Assembly (NCBI RefSeq): GCF_000150275.1
Contig: NW_002060946.1
Span: 1,941,454-2,005,453 of the forward strand
Length of the DNA stretch: 64,000 nt
DNA from: Trichoplax adhaerens
Lineage: Eukaryota > Animalia > Placozoa
Reading direction: 5' to 3'
Positions 39,501-57,290 of the stretch are shown in pieces; within the stretch, counting starts at the first letter, position 1; each line of letters begins with the position of its first letter. The position numbers and the translations under genes were made by a program. The notes under the pieces are model-generated. The model saw only the letters and a list, made by a program, of their open reading frames with translations, was not told where the DNA came from and did not search any database.

Positions 39501-40956
39501 AATTCTGCCAAGTAAGAACCATCCTGCAAAAAAATATGAATTTTTAGCTAGCTATTATGGAATTGCGATAGCAAAGATACAAGGATGTAAAGCATTAAAT
39601 CTAATGGTTAGATAGTAATAAAGCCTAGCGGTATACGATTTCCATGTAGTCATCTGATTTACGAATGCAAATGAAGTTATTATTTAGCACAGTGCAGAAT
39701 CTGTTAAGATTTGAACATGCAAACACTAGAAAATCAGGATAACTATGATTCACTGAGAAGATAGTATGAAGATTACAAGTAATAAAGGGTGTCAATGTGT
39801 TACCGGCAATATGAAAAATAATGTTTATTTACTTCAACTTTTACTAATGCCAAATATTCTTTATGAAGCTCAATATAATTCCGTATTTCGGCAATATTAA
39901 AAAATGACTGACGTAAAGTACGATTTGGGTAATACTATTATTACAGTAGTACCGTATATTTTAATGGTAATACTTGTATCATACTCTTGGTTTTGCTGGT
40001 ACAGCATTCCTTATTATGAAAAATATTAATGTTATTTATCAGAATAAAACATTGGGATGAAAGTTATGTCATTTGAATTCAAATCTAACGCTGCATCTGA
40101 TGGTATCGAAATAAACCTTCAATACGTACAACTTTTGAAACGAACGGATTTCTCGAGCTACCGGCGTCAAACTGTAATACAACCTGATGCTTTTCTTTAG
40201 TGAAAGGAGATAAATTACGTCATTTACTAAGTAATCAGGAAGTTTTATTTTTTTTTACTGTTAGTTATGGGATCATGTTAGCTTTTAAAGCGTTGATTTG
40301 ACATGATCATTCGTATCAATCTTTCGTATGCAGTTATTAAGAGATACAAACTGAACTATACTATACCCGTATAGTATAAATAAACATTCTAGTAAAGTTC
40401 TTTATAGATGACTGTAGTAATATCATTCAAGGAACTAGTGATAGATTGAGACCTGCCACACAGCTATATTTAGACAAGAATGTTCCAGATCATATGCGTA
40501 CATATGCAATTTTTACTCTGCAAACTGGATTAATTTACTAGTTTTTCAAATAAAATATTGAAACAAATTTTGTTTATTTTCAATTATAAATTGATAATTT
40601 AATTTAATACGCATAAACAGACAGGGCCTGTTGCCTAATTACGTTACCGTCTGTACTACTACAGTAGAATTACCCTATTTTAATTTAAAGTTCAGCCTAT
40701 TAATTATGTATTTAAGGGCTTGATAGTGTTGTCATGGCGTAAACTTTAAATAAATCAATAAAAGCACTGCAAATAGAAGTAACTATGTTAGGTACGCCTC
40801 CGAACTTTTTATCTAGCATTACGAAAGAGTCACTGAATACTAAATTTCGTCACAGTATAGTATTCAATTTGATATTAATTGGCATTTGCATACCTGTCCC
40901 GTAATCCCTGTTATTAAAGCAATTTTGGGTCGTGATTCAGAAGTTTGGGAAGCCAT
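36567..40956 (-). pseudogene. GMDS: GDP-mannose 4,6-dehydratase gene with in-frame TAG (null allele, pseudogene, error or recoded)
   Basis: [63 protein letters not shown], then LGNINSCRD*DHAKDYVEAMW (TAG at 37644-37646 where the family has RDWGHA); remaining exons intact to ELMKKNLEV*. Confidence 0.9.
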
Positions 40957-41841
40957 TTTCTACAATAAGTTTATAAAACAGGCGAATCTACAGTGATTTT
41001 GAGATTCAGTAAATTCTCAGTTAATTGTATGATATTTGTGTCATATGCGGTATACGTATAATGGTACTGCAATAACGTCCATTTCGCACTCAGTAAGGCC
41101 CAAGCTAACTACATTTTTTATTCAACAAATCTTTCTTATTGAAAAGAATAAGGTAGGGAGATATGAAGGACGTGCCAACCTTTTGTTAAATTATTCTCTC
41201 GAGTCCTGTACAGTATAATTTCCTTTAACTAACTTTAGAGAATAATTGTCTCCAATTTTAATGAATGAAAGGTTGGCACATCACTTGGGTCTCTAGAGGG
41301 AATCAGCGCAGCGTTGTGACAAATATAACTTCACAGTATGTATGCAAATTTGGCCATAGTGTCTTAGCTAGGGTCCAAATTTGAATATCATCTGCAATTT
41401 TGTATAACGCATTCTTCAGATTCTTTGGAATTTTTTCCGAAACCTCCTCCTGCATAGTGATGTTAACGGACGCGAAACTACTCGAGTAGTCTCTGCCCAA
41501 AATGGCAGTGCACACTAACCCATTCCATCTATGCATAATATACTCCCAATTGAGTTCAAGTTGCCCTATGAGTTCTCAAGTACATCTACAATAGCCTTGT
41601 ACTTGCCTTGTACTTTTTTTTTTTAATTTAAAACAAAAATAATGAGTTTTAAAACTATTGTACTGTACTTATGTACACTGTACACTAGAGACCCTCCATT
41701 GCACACTGTGCAGCACTACTGTACTATATACATTACTGTAGATGTGATATGAAGTATACAGTATAGTATTGCATGCATATGCGGTAAAATTATTATTTTT
41801 ATTTTTTACTCGTATGTATTCGTGTATAGTATATGGTGATT

Positions 41842-42249
41842 TGTAATAATAGTTACTCCTAAACTATTCTGAATTACTGACTCACAGAAATGGTGAGACC
41901 GAACGCCTTAGGATAAGAATAACTTTATTAGAGCAATAAAAAAGGTTACAGGATATTAGCAATAAAAAGGTTATAGCTAATAATAGAACGTTAATCTAGT
42001 AATCTCAACTTGGTAAATATAAGAGGCTACTTTAGCTCTCTCTTTCTCTCTCTAATAAGACGCCTTTATACGATCCGAACCCATCTTATTTGTTAACATA
42101 TTTTGAACAAAACTCGAACACAAATATTCGGACATTTATTCCTGTTCCATTACCTTACTTTACAGTATTGTACATACTGTAATACTCTTTGTTTTGGCCT
42201 TTCGGAGCCAATTAGGTTACCCACCGGGCTGACAATTTCACCTCCCGCT
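41842..42249 (-). mobile_element. Candidate LTR fragment with adjacent polypurine tract
   Basis: Minus strand: AGCGGGAGG then TGAAAT (42240) ... TATAAA (42070-42065) ... AATAAA (41929-41924) ... ATTACA (41842); TG...CA ends with 5/6 terminal inverted match. Confidence 0.35.
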
Positions 42250-42612
42250 AAGTAGATAAACGCTTGGCCTGGTTGAAACTGTTCACTGAACAGAGCTCAG
42301 CCATAGTGTAGCTCTTATTAAGGAGATTTTTCAATTTGAAAGGTACTTACTTTGAATTTGGCTAAAGTTTCACGAATACAAATCACTAAAACCTTGAACA
42401 ATTGGCACATTTTGCTGCACTATGAGTTATTTTTATTTCTTTGAAACTTCCAATACAAACCATCAGTCACTGGTGCGTGCACGCAATGCTGTACTGTACA
42501 GTAAGGACAGGCTGAAATAGTGGCGAAGCGACTACTAGTCCCATACTTAGTCTACTGTACTGCGCTGCTTCTACAGTACAGTACTACTGAACACAGCACA
42601 GCAGTATCGAAA

Positions 42613-44517
42613 ATGGCGGACGATGATAGTGATTTGAAAGGCAGCGATGCGATCGATGAAATTGATATTGATCCATCAGTTTTAGGAACCAAGGAATAGT
42701 AAGAGCAATCATTGATATCTGATTTGCGGAAGCTTGCAAATGATTTCCATTTTGCATAATACGATAGTTTGGAAATCACAATAATTATTAATTGAAATCA
42801 TTCAATCAGCTATGTCAAGTTAAATTCGATGTTTCGCTGACTATTTACGTTGTCTTAGTCGTAGGAAGGCTGTCCTGTTTCGATTTCTGTGTAATTAACC
42901 TACAAGTATTTTGAATCACCAGTAGCTATTGGTGTTTTAAGATTAGCAAAATATAGAATCGATAGCGTTTAACTTAATAAACAGAATATTTCGACCTATA
43001 GTTACATTACAATTAAATGAATAAAAGCAGTAAAAATAGCTTTGCTTGGTTATAAATATTATTTACTGTTAATTAAGCAATGGTATGCGGCAGTACTGAT
43101 GATACTAAGTTTGATGAACTAATAAATTTTCTACCTAATAATGTTAACCTCATATGAGTAGCTGGGATAACAATTATAAGGATGAATTTTCTACTTTCCA
43201 AGAATATGGGGACGTAGGAGAAATATGGTATCAATCTTTAAATATACTAAAATATTAATCATTAAAATTGTCTAGTTTAAATGTTTTGTAGTAACTTATC
43301 ATGCAAGATAGATTTAGCCATCCAGAATTTTTTAGCCACCCTTGCTACATTACCTTATATACTATAATTGATTGCAATTTGCATTATTGTACACGGGTTA
43401 TTTCTAGGTTCGGCCGCGACATCATGAATCGTATGCTATCATGGATATCTACAAGTGACTGCATAGAAAAAGCAGCACCTATATTAGAATTAGGTTGTGG
43501 AAATGGAGTTTTACTTTTAGAATTGGTAAGCGTCTACATCTCGTTCTTTTGTATGATAAAAATATTATATTAAAAAAGTATACTCGCTTTTTTTTATTTA
43601 TACCTTTAGCTCTTACGATAATTAGCACTATGTATATTAGCAATTTTGGTTGATGAGATTTTTAATTTTGCTTACAGTATATATAGCTCGTCTATATTCA
43701 TTTCTTTCCGATATGATATTGTTGATTCTTAAAACCTTATCCTCAATTTATTCTAAAGCTAAAAAAAGGCTTTACGAATTTAACTGGAATCGATTATTCT
43801 AATTATGGCATCGACTTAGCCAAGGCTATTGCTGCTAAAAATGATACAAAAATTAATTTCGAGGTACGTAGCTAATTTATTTCCATGTTATGACTAATTT
43901 ATTAACTGTACGAAATAACCCCTGATCAAAATCACTATCGGATAAGCTATGGAAAATAAGACATTTTTATTCTAGACACTTCGCAATGGGCACTCAACAA
44001 TTTGCATTTAGTTTACAATATCCCCAATTCCCTATCTGTATAAATATAAATTTACAGATAAGCAATTTTTAATTTGTAGCAAAGTTGCAACAATTAATTG
44101 CAGGTATGCAACATTCTGAACATTGAAGAGTGCGAATCTAAAGTAAAATGGCCATACCGTGCAATTATTGATAAAGGGACTTACGATGCTATTTGTCTGA
44201 ATCCAGAAGAAAGACTACAATGTCGTGAAAAATATAAGTTAAACGCATCGCATTTACTTGAATCCAACGGGCTGTTGATCATAACATCCTGTAATTGGAC
44301 AAGTAATGAATTAAAGAAACATTTTTCTCCAGGTTTGCTGTATCATATTGGTGTACTACTATTGCTGTTGTATGTCTCTACTAATGATATTAATTCAAAT
44401 TTTAAATTTCTCTATTTAGAATTTCTGATAGAGGCTGAAATTCCTACACCAAAATTTCAGTTTGGCGGGCGTGCTGGAAACACTGTCGTATCCTTAATTT
44501 TCAAGAAGACGGCATAA
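42613..44517 (+). CDS. EEF1AKMT2: EEF1A lysine methyltransferase 2 (METTL10/Efm4)
   Basis: PSVLGTKEY|WDNNYKDEFSTFQEYGDVGEIW|FG, ILELGCGNGVLL, GIDYS, IDKGTYDAICL, ITSCNWT, PTPKFQFGG. Confidence 0.95.
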
Positions 44518-45112
44518 AAAAATTTGCTAGTTCAATGCATTAAACCTCAATCATGTGATGGGTTAAACTTTTTATAGTGAGGTGTTTATAAATTTATCTA
44601 TCAGAATCCCTTGATAAAAGTTGGGAATACAGAGATTAAATCATAACGCAATAAAGTGATTAAAACTATATATAGTGTCCAGCACATTAACAATTGGTAA
44701 TTATATTGTTTCTAGCACTAGTACATTTCAGTTACTTGTCTTTAATATATAAAATGATACAGCTTTATTTGATCATCAAAAGAGTGACACGCGAAAAGTT
44801 TCTTTTAAACATTTTCTTCAAATTTAGTATCCACATTTAGTATCCTCAAGTATTTTTGGTATGGTAAATTATCATTTGACTTTGAGGCTCTGCACATCTA
44901 GATTTTGTATTGTATATAAACGAAGGATTATATACGCTAAGTATAGAATATCTTTATTTTCTTACGTTAAATAATATAATACAAAAATACTATGCGCCTA
45001 GTTAAGATTAGTGGCAGGCCAATTACATTGTCCTTATCAACGTGGCAAGTGTATAATAATAACATCTAACAAGTATCCATCAGGGATTTTATATTACTGA
45101 ACATACATTATT

Positions 45113-46978
45113 TCATAGGGTATTTTTGCCTGAATTAGGATATAGGAATGATCGATAATTAAGCAGTAGCGGAATCACAAGAAGACATGCAAAAAAACAA
45201 AAAATAAAAAATATCTGATACCCTACGATATCGCCAATTAAACCAGCTAAAGACATCACAAATAATTTTCCAGCAAGTTCTGCTGTTGCTAAAGTACTAT
45301 AATGGGTAGCATAAAAGTGTCCTGGTGATTTCTTTGCATTTTGCATCATCATAGTAAATGTTAAGCTCGTAATAATTCCAGAACATAGCTGAAGTCCGCA
45401 AGCCAATAGAGTTGAAACTACAGAGATAATAATGAGTAAAAAGAAGGCTATTAAAAGCGAAATACTAATCTATCTGTTCGCTACCTATAATTATAATTAC
45501 AAGTTGGGCGAATACGTATAACCTAATACTATATACTGTAAATTTTAGTCGTGCCTTGAACCTTTCTACGTTAGTAATGACGATTAGCTAAGCGAGAGCT
45601 TACCTATACCGACTGATTCGTTTCGAGATAAAATATTGACAAAACATGGCATTAGTGCAATTAGCGTAATAGGTAGCATCCGGAGACAAACATAGTCCAA
45701 CATGATTCGAGCCAACGACCTATGATGTACGCGTATTAATTGTAAATTAATAAATATAATTTATCTGAGAAACTACAGTACTAAATTTTAAGATTCGTAT
45801 ACTGCTGACTTTGTTCCTTGTCCTTATTACTAAGTGTTATCATACAAAGAGAGAATACTATTGCGATCAGTATCATCTCACATACAGTATAGAAATCTTG
45901 TTGAAGTCTTACTAAAATATTAGTAGATTTAATATAGTGCAATACGTGATTAGCTAACGTATATGCAAACGTAAATAGCAGATAGCAAACACTTGCTATA
46001 CTGTATGTACTCGTATTTTGCTGAATGCAGTGCTCTACAAATTCACCTATTGCTGTACATTGCTAACCAACCACCATACAGCGAGCCAACTACGGAGAAT
46101 ACTTCTTGTAATATTCTAATTTTTACTCCCACAAATTCCGTTGATAATCCCAAATCAATTAGATAGAGCGGAAAGATTGATAACGCAGCTTGCTCACCAA
46201 GTTTATATACCGTCACAAATAATAACATCCACGCCGCACCTTCGGTCTGGAAAATGGATGTAAACACTTCCTTGTACGTGCATTTGAATAAACTAAACTG
46301 TTGTAATATGCTGTCAATAAATGTTGCTATTTTTGGAAGTTGCTTCCGTGATAAAGGATAATGAATATTTTTAATTGGACTGGTACTGCCAGCAAGTCTG
46401 CTTGACTGTTTGCATAATGTAGTACCTAACCTGAAATAGCTGTACATCGCGCATGAAAAGTATATAACTGCCAAGATTATAAAAAATGTATGCCATCCCA
46501 GTCGGATCATAATTACGGAAGCACATAAGCTACCTAGCTTATAACCAACTATTTGAACGATATTTCCGGCGCCCAGCTGAGCATGGCTCAGCGAAGCAAC
46601 TGTAATTCCGTCGATCACAATATCCTGGAGAGATGTTAAAAAATTTAATAGTGTTAACAAGGTAGTCAGTAAGTGTACAGAATTAGCAGAAACAGTTCGG
46701 CATATCCATGCATTGCAAGCCATTAATGTTAATAAAATAGTTAGCCATTTATCAGGCGTGCTTATTTTATCGATCCATGGAGACCATAAAGATTTTAACA
46801 GCCAAGGAAACCATACTAATCTCAGTAAACCAAGTTTAGTCAAACTGAAACCCCCAACCCGTAAATAAATCGGTAGAAAGTCTTTCTGAAAGCCGTAAGG
46901 TATTCCTTGGACGAAATAAAGGCAAAATAAAACAAGATAGGGTAGAGTAACTTTGTCATGATGTTTGGGTGGCATCAT
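45113..46978 (-). CDS. MFSD3: Major facilitator superfamily domain-containing protein 3 (AmpG-like), 3 exons
   Basis: LYFVQGIPYGFQ, PWLLKSLWSPWID, QDIVIDG, GNIVQIVGYKLGS, YKLGEQ, ATHYSTLATAELAGKL. Confidence 0.92.
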
Positions 46979-47982
46979 TCCAAGTGATTACAGCAGAGCT
47001 ATACATCAATACATTGTAGTAGATTGTAAATATATGAACAAGATTGAATTAGACAGTAATCCTTGAACGAAATAAGCCTTGAAGTTTAGTTGTTCACTTT
47101 ATGTTTGCTACTGGTAGATCCCACAGCATCATAATATGTTACTCTTGCACCAGGCAGGATAAATAAACTACTTTTATATGGTCCGTAGTGTAAGTTAGAG
47201 TATGATACCTATGGACTACTAGATGCATGAATGGATCAATAGGCGAGTCTATAGTCCATGCAATAGCATACTGTTCCTGTATAGAGCACCCTACTACACA
47301 GTACTGTATAGTCGTACACCACATACACTCACTCGTACAGGAGTTAAGATGCAATTTTGTAGAAGTTTGATGAATGATGACATCAAGCTGGCGATATTGC
47401 CTTTAGGGTAAAATATGATATGAGCTTGTTTGTTCCTTGTTAAGCTAGTTTTTTAGCTTAATGAATAACACCATGAAAATGTGCTGGCATAGAACTCGTA
47501 AGATTGCAATGCGATTACCAAATAGTATCGCAGCCAGCAAAGAATCACTTCCATTTACTGTAAAGACTGGACTACGAGTATACGCAACCTGAGATACAGT
47601 AGAGAAATGGAATAGCAACCGGGCTAGTATATAATCATCAGATGGATAAACATGAATTTTCGAAAACAGTTTTATTAACTTTGAGGTCATTTTAAGAAGG
47701 CCAGGTACTTAGCAACACAATCTATACAATGACATACAAGATCGATACATAATAACAGTAACATGATCCTTTCTCTGGCCCTTTGAAGACTGCACAGCAA
47801 TAAATTACTACAGTACTTGTGTATAATGTGAAAGTTACCATGAAAACACTACTGACTCTTAATCGATATCGAGTCTACAGACAGATCAACTATTAAGTAA
47901 ATAATAGAGTTACGATCTAAAGAAACTCGAACCATTCATGGATCTAAATTTGTCGATATTTAACCTTAGGTATACATCCTGT

Positions 47983-49417
47983 CTAGTACACTACAGCATT
48001 AATAGGTTCTGCTTTCACTTCAGCTAGATCGATGGAAGAGTCTACATCTTCGTCAATTTCTCCTATAACGGCTCTGTTAAAATAGTTACACAAGTCTAGT
48101 TATAATTCCCAATTCATAATTGTAATACGATGATGATTACGAAATATCTCTGTTAGGATATTTACTATCGTTAGGTAGATTATGTTCCATAATATTATAT
48201 CTACTATTTTTGATCATATATCTATGGTATATTGATTGATTTGCTATCGCGCAAGTAATTAGAAATTCAATGGTTTTGACACTGCATTATATCTCGCAGA
48301 TGGACCAATAAATTATACGTAACAGCTATTACAACCAATGGCGTATAGTATCTTACATATTGTCGCCACGAATAACATATAGGCCAAGGGCTACTTGCTC
48401 CACACCAGCGCCGGAAGAGTACACTCTTTCATGGCTATCATTTAGGATTAAATTAACCGTTTGATCGAAACCTTTCAACGTACCCTGAAATTAGATGCAT
48501 GCATCATTGAAGATTACATTATCATGATCATTTGAAATGTATTGAAAGATAAGAGATATAAGGAGATTGCTTAGAGCGTTGAAAGAAAATACAAGTTTGG
48601 TAATCCATTGATTATTAAACAAAGTAGAGATCGTTTATTGCTAGTGCGATGAAATTCATCGACCAACAAGTATTGCTGCACAAATGCGTTTGTGTAACGT
48701 TTACTACTTGGCATGACCTGTTCTGCTTCTGTAGCTAGAGTCACTTTCCAGAATCAATGATAAACTATGAGTAAGTAGAGCAACTAGTAGATTAAAATTA
48801 TGGTTACTGTACTGTACTGTATTGGATGCAGTGATATCAATTAAAATTATACAAGTATTGCAATAATTGCTTGATGCATATTACAGTAAAACACGTCTAG
48901 TAAGTATATCCATTGCCATCTTACCACAATTACTCTACCATCCTGAGTAATAACTGACACAAGACCTTATACATGAAAAGATACAAATAGCAGTGAAGGA
49001 AAAAGCCGATAGAAAAGGTTAATGTATAAATACAGCGTCAATTCATTCATTGTATTCTACATGTCTATTCTAATTATTGGTAAACTATTTAGTGTTTGTC
49101 TCTACCAACGGCCAGTGAAATGCAAAAATATCTGACTTTTACTTGCTGCAAACAATGATTGACTACTACAAACTATGAAATTATAAAGTGGTGTACTGTT
49201 GCTACCAATGCAGTCGATTGGGCTAGTAAAATAGTCCATATCATTGCTTGAACTTTGTATACGTTGGTTGTGCAGCTCGTATGCAGCGATCTAAAACGCT
49301 CTCTTAGCCTATCAGCCTTGGCGGTGCTCAATAGCTGCTGGTAGAACAGTGTACGACTGAGTGCAAAGGTAAAATCTATCTTTGGATACGATTTACATAT
49401 CCCTCCAGAGCAGCCAT
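47983..49417 (-). CDS. LSM8: U6 snRNA-associated Sm-like protein LSm8, 4 exons
   Basis: MAALEGYVNR|LVSVITQDGRVIV|GTLKGFDQTVNLILNDSHERVYSSGAGVEQVALGLYVIRGDNI|AVIGEIDEDVDSSIDLAEVKAEPINAVVY*. Confidence 0.96.
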
Positions 49418-49653
49418 TTTTCAGCAAGCCAACGTCGAATCAGGCCAAAGGGGTAGTACAGACATACAATGCAGATTGGTTACTTTTGATGGTACTGCTG
49501 TTAGGCTTCGTGTTTGGCTGGCTTCAATCAGCTTAAGGTACGTGTGCCACTCTGAGACAATAGTGGCGTTGTTGTTGAGTATGTCAACAGTCCAGCGTCT
49601 CTTTCCATAGTCTATTTCTCATTTCTCCAATGCAAAACAAGCACGTTAGCTGT

Positions 49654-50570
49654 CACTATACTGTACAGTCATTGAAAATCAACCCGCGTCATTAGCCAGG
49701 GTAGAGAAAATAGTGTACTAGAGTACAGTGTACACTGTACACTGTACAATACATACTGTAAAGCACGTGACTTTGCTGTACTGTACAGACTACAGTATAG
49801 TGTACACTGTACAGTACTACAGTACAGTACAAACCAAATGTACTGTACTGTACTGTACTGTATGTACTGTATCCCTGACTGTATTGAGTCTACAGTATAC
49901 AGTATACTATTGACTATACTGTAGAGCCACGACTCGAAGTCGACTCTGAGTCGGACCAATCGACTCAGGAGCCGAATGGCTCTAGCTCAAAGACACAGCA
50001 GTGGTCCGACTCAAAATGCGCGACTCATGAGTCGAGTCGACCGTGGCCGATCACTACTGACAACTGCAGGAGTTAGGTCTTCATGGTCTGGTCCGGTCCA
50101 GATCAAAGGTCTACTATGATGGTCCGGTCTGGTCTGGTCCAGTCCAGACCTTGGTCTGCAGTCCATATGGACTATAGATTATGCCATAATCATGATGGCC
50201 TTCTTGAAGTCAGGGACTTGCAAGACTACTGTCCTGTAGACTGTAGTATTTGTAGTCTTGAAATAAATGGAGCTTTTAGCCGGGGACCTGTAGAAGACTA
50301 GTACAGTATTAGTCTTTTGAAGCCCTTTTGCAGTACTACAGTTAACGTTAACACCATGGACCATAGCAGTACCAGGAACTAGTGAGTACAGTGAGTAGTA
50401 GGACTGAGTAGTTGACCAAGGTCTCTCCCTCACTAGTCCGTGGTAGTACTGTAGTGCACAGTACTACCACGGACTAACGCTGGACACCAACGACTTTGAA
50501 GAGATAATACAGTACAATGTACTGTAATGTACAGTACTGTACACTCGTGTCAATACTACTGTACTGTGGA
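49654..50570. repeat. Composite pentamer-repeat island between divergent LSM8 and AHCYL
   Basis: CAGTA/TACTG (49654-49925), GACTC/GAGTC (49925-50045), GGTCT/GGTCC (50075-50175), perfect 19-bp hairpin (50434-50476), CAGTA again (50505-50570). Confidence 0.85.
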
Positions 50571-53286
50571 TTATTTAAAGCTGCGACATTTTTTTCCTCT
50601 TAATAAACTCGGAAGCGCTCTCAGCAAATTCTCCTTAGTTGCCCAAAATCAACACCACAAGCGATTTGGGTTGGCTTGTAGGAAGGAAAAAAAAAAAGTT
50701 GGTAGGTAACTTATCCAAACCATTAATGTACAATAATTATCTTCAATCCCTCTAGTTGTTATCAACATGTTATCTATGAATATACTCACTTGTACTAGGG
50801 ATAAAGTGTATCAGAAAAAGTTCATTATAGCGCTTTAGTAAATTATAATACGCAATACATTATACATAAGTCAACAAAGGTTCAAATGGATCCGATTGAA
50901 AATGACATCGGCATGATCAATCTCACTATGCAATTAGTATCTTACACCCAAGGCCAGTTGGTATGCTGTACTTGTACATTATCAAGTCATTGAATTGGAA
51001 AGTATTGGCCTATCTTGCCAGGATAATAATGAATCGTTAGGTGCCGTCACAATCTACTGCCACCGCACGATCCACAGTATCAAAGTTAGGCTATGCATAC
51101 GGTAGATACACGTATTTTCCAGTCCGTCTCTAATTCATTGATTGTTTCATCATTTTTTTTATGTTGGAGAGCCGTTGATATAAAATGAATTACTTCACAT
51201 TTCATGAAATAGCCTTATGTGCAGATTAGCGTGCCCTATTTCTTTCCATAGTTATTGTACCATCATCTCTCTAATCTGTAGAGGATGCGAGAAGTGCAGA
51301 TTTTTTACCATGATAATTGAAATGCTGTAGGGGAAGGATAGTCCACTGTGGTGTTGACCATTGATATTATTATTAATTTGGCTCAACCATCCTTTCCAAT
51401 TTTGATCGACTATATTAACTATGGAATGCTTGCATAACTTTAAAAGCCTATCAATATCACTGTAACCCTCAAAGCTGCAATCACCAGTAGTTATTCAGCT
51501 TGAAATAAAACACAGCAAAAGGATACTTTACGGCGAATATTCAACATGGAGCGAATCATACAGCTTGTATTATAATTGATTGTACACCAGATGGATATAC
51601 AGTATGATACACTACCAGTATATCACTTTATGTCGTACTGTAGTCATGATAGAATAACAATCTTGTATTCAATTGGTCCAACTTACCAAGATATTTGCAA
51701 TAATTCGACAGTGAAACCCCATTTTTCCTGTAAAGGACACGCGGTCATTTATCTACAGTACTGTAAGTTGGACCCCGAGTAAATTACTACCATACGAGTA
51801 TGGAAGTCAACGACTACTCTAGAACATTTCGCTTTAGCAATCTGTCTTTAAACTCCTTTTGAAATTGTGTGATCAAATACCACATGGGATAAAAAGTAGA
51901 TAGTAATTAATTTATTACACCCATAATAAGCTATTGTGACGAAGTTTAAAATACGCTTTCACTGTTGTGTCTACCTTATATCCGAAACGAGGATTGGCAA
52001 AGCCTTTTTGATGTGATCTTTGCTCTTGGATTTCAAATACTTACTGTTGCTTTATACGTATGTCATAGTTTTCCGGTACTATTGGTTCTAAATTAGCCTA
52101 TCAAAAAATGACTAAACTCAACATGATATGAACAGTAATACTTTGTTAACCATAAATACCATCATTGTCCCTGTCACCAACTGATTATACACCATTATAC
52201 ATTTCGTATAGATCATTGACCCACATCATAGCAACGTACACACTGCATCGTAAAGATTTCTTAATGATGAGTTATAGTCTCGTTTTATTTCCATTATAGT
52301 ACAATTAAACTTTCTATATTGCATGACAAAGTGCAGTTTTGTATGCTGTATATTTCATTAAATCCTCAAGCAAGCGGACGGACGATAAGGTCTTGTATAC
52401 CACAGAAATCTCTCTTCATAAACTGACTGTACCTACTAACAATACGAAATTGTATAGAAAAGACTTTTATCTCGGTCATGCTGACCATCGTTTACCTTCT
52501 CTTTGGATAAATCGAATTTAATTTGTTCATATCTTATCAATCGAATAGGACACTTTTTGCTGTATTCTATCTGCAGTCGTTCTACACTACTGAACGAGGG
52601 GTTACATTATCATCATGCAAGGAATGCAAAGTTTAAATATAGATTAACTGATCCGCTCATGGTCAATTAAGTAACTGTAAAATCAAATTTCTGTCCGTCC
52701 TTACGAATTTGAACATTAATTGGATCGTATTCATTTGTGTTATTTGCTTATATCTTGGTTCAATTTTTAACTATGACTCATAATCGTGAACCCAAGTCTG
52801 TATCAAAGTTTGCTATCTAGCCATACCAGTCAAGCACCTTGTTTCATGATAACTATTCTGCTACAATATAATTTAGTTTAAACTTTTCGGAAGATGTTAA
52901 GTAACAGAAACACTAGAAATCCTATTAGTTATAGCTTGTTAATCAATTTTCCTTGTTATGCTATCACTGAAGTTGTATATTATAATATCTCCATGGTTGT
53001 TAGTACAGTAGAGTCATGATGAGTGAATGATGGAATCGATGGGCGTAGTGCAGTACAGTACAGGAGATACAATAAATATCCTTATAGTACAGTACAGCAT
53101 CTTTACGTAGTACAGGGACAACTTGGCATAGGCTACATAAAATGATCATTAGTTTATGTATCTAATGTACTTGAAGATTGTACTCACGGTTCAATTTACA
53201 CTGCATCATATTTGATTTGAAGTAGGACTAGGTCATTTCCTAAAATATTTACATTTTATAATAAAATTGTATATTTTTAATAAGAA

Positions 53287-57290
<4,004 letters not shown>

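Noticed and set aside
47445-47690. 81-aa ORF between MFSD3 and LSM8
   Set aside because: No recognisable motif; probably UTR or intergenic.
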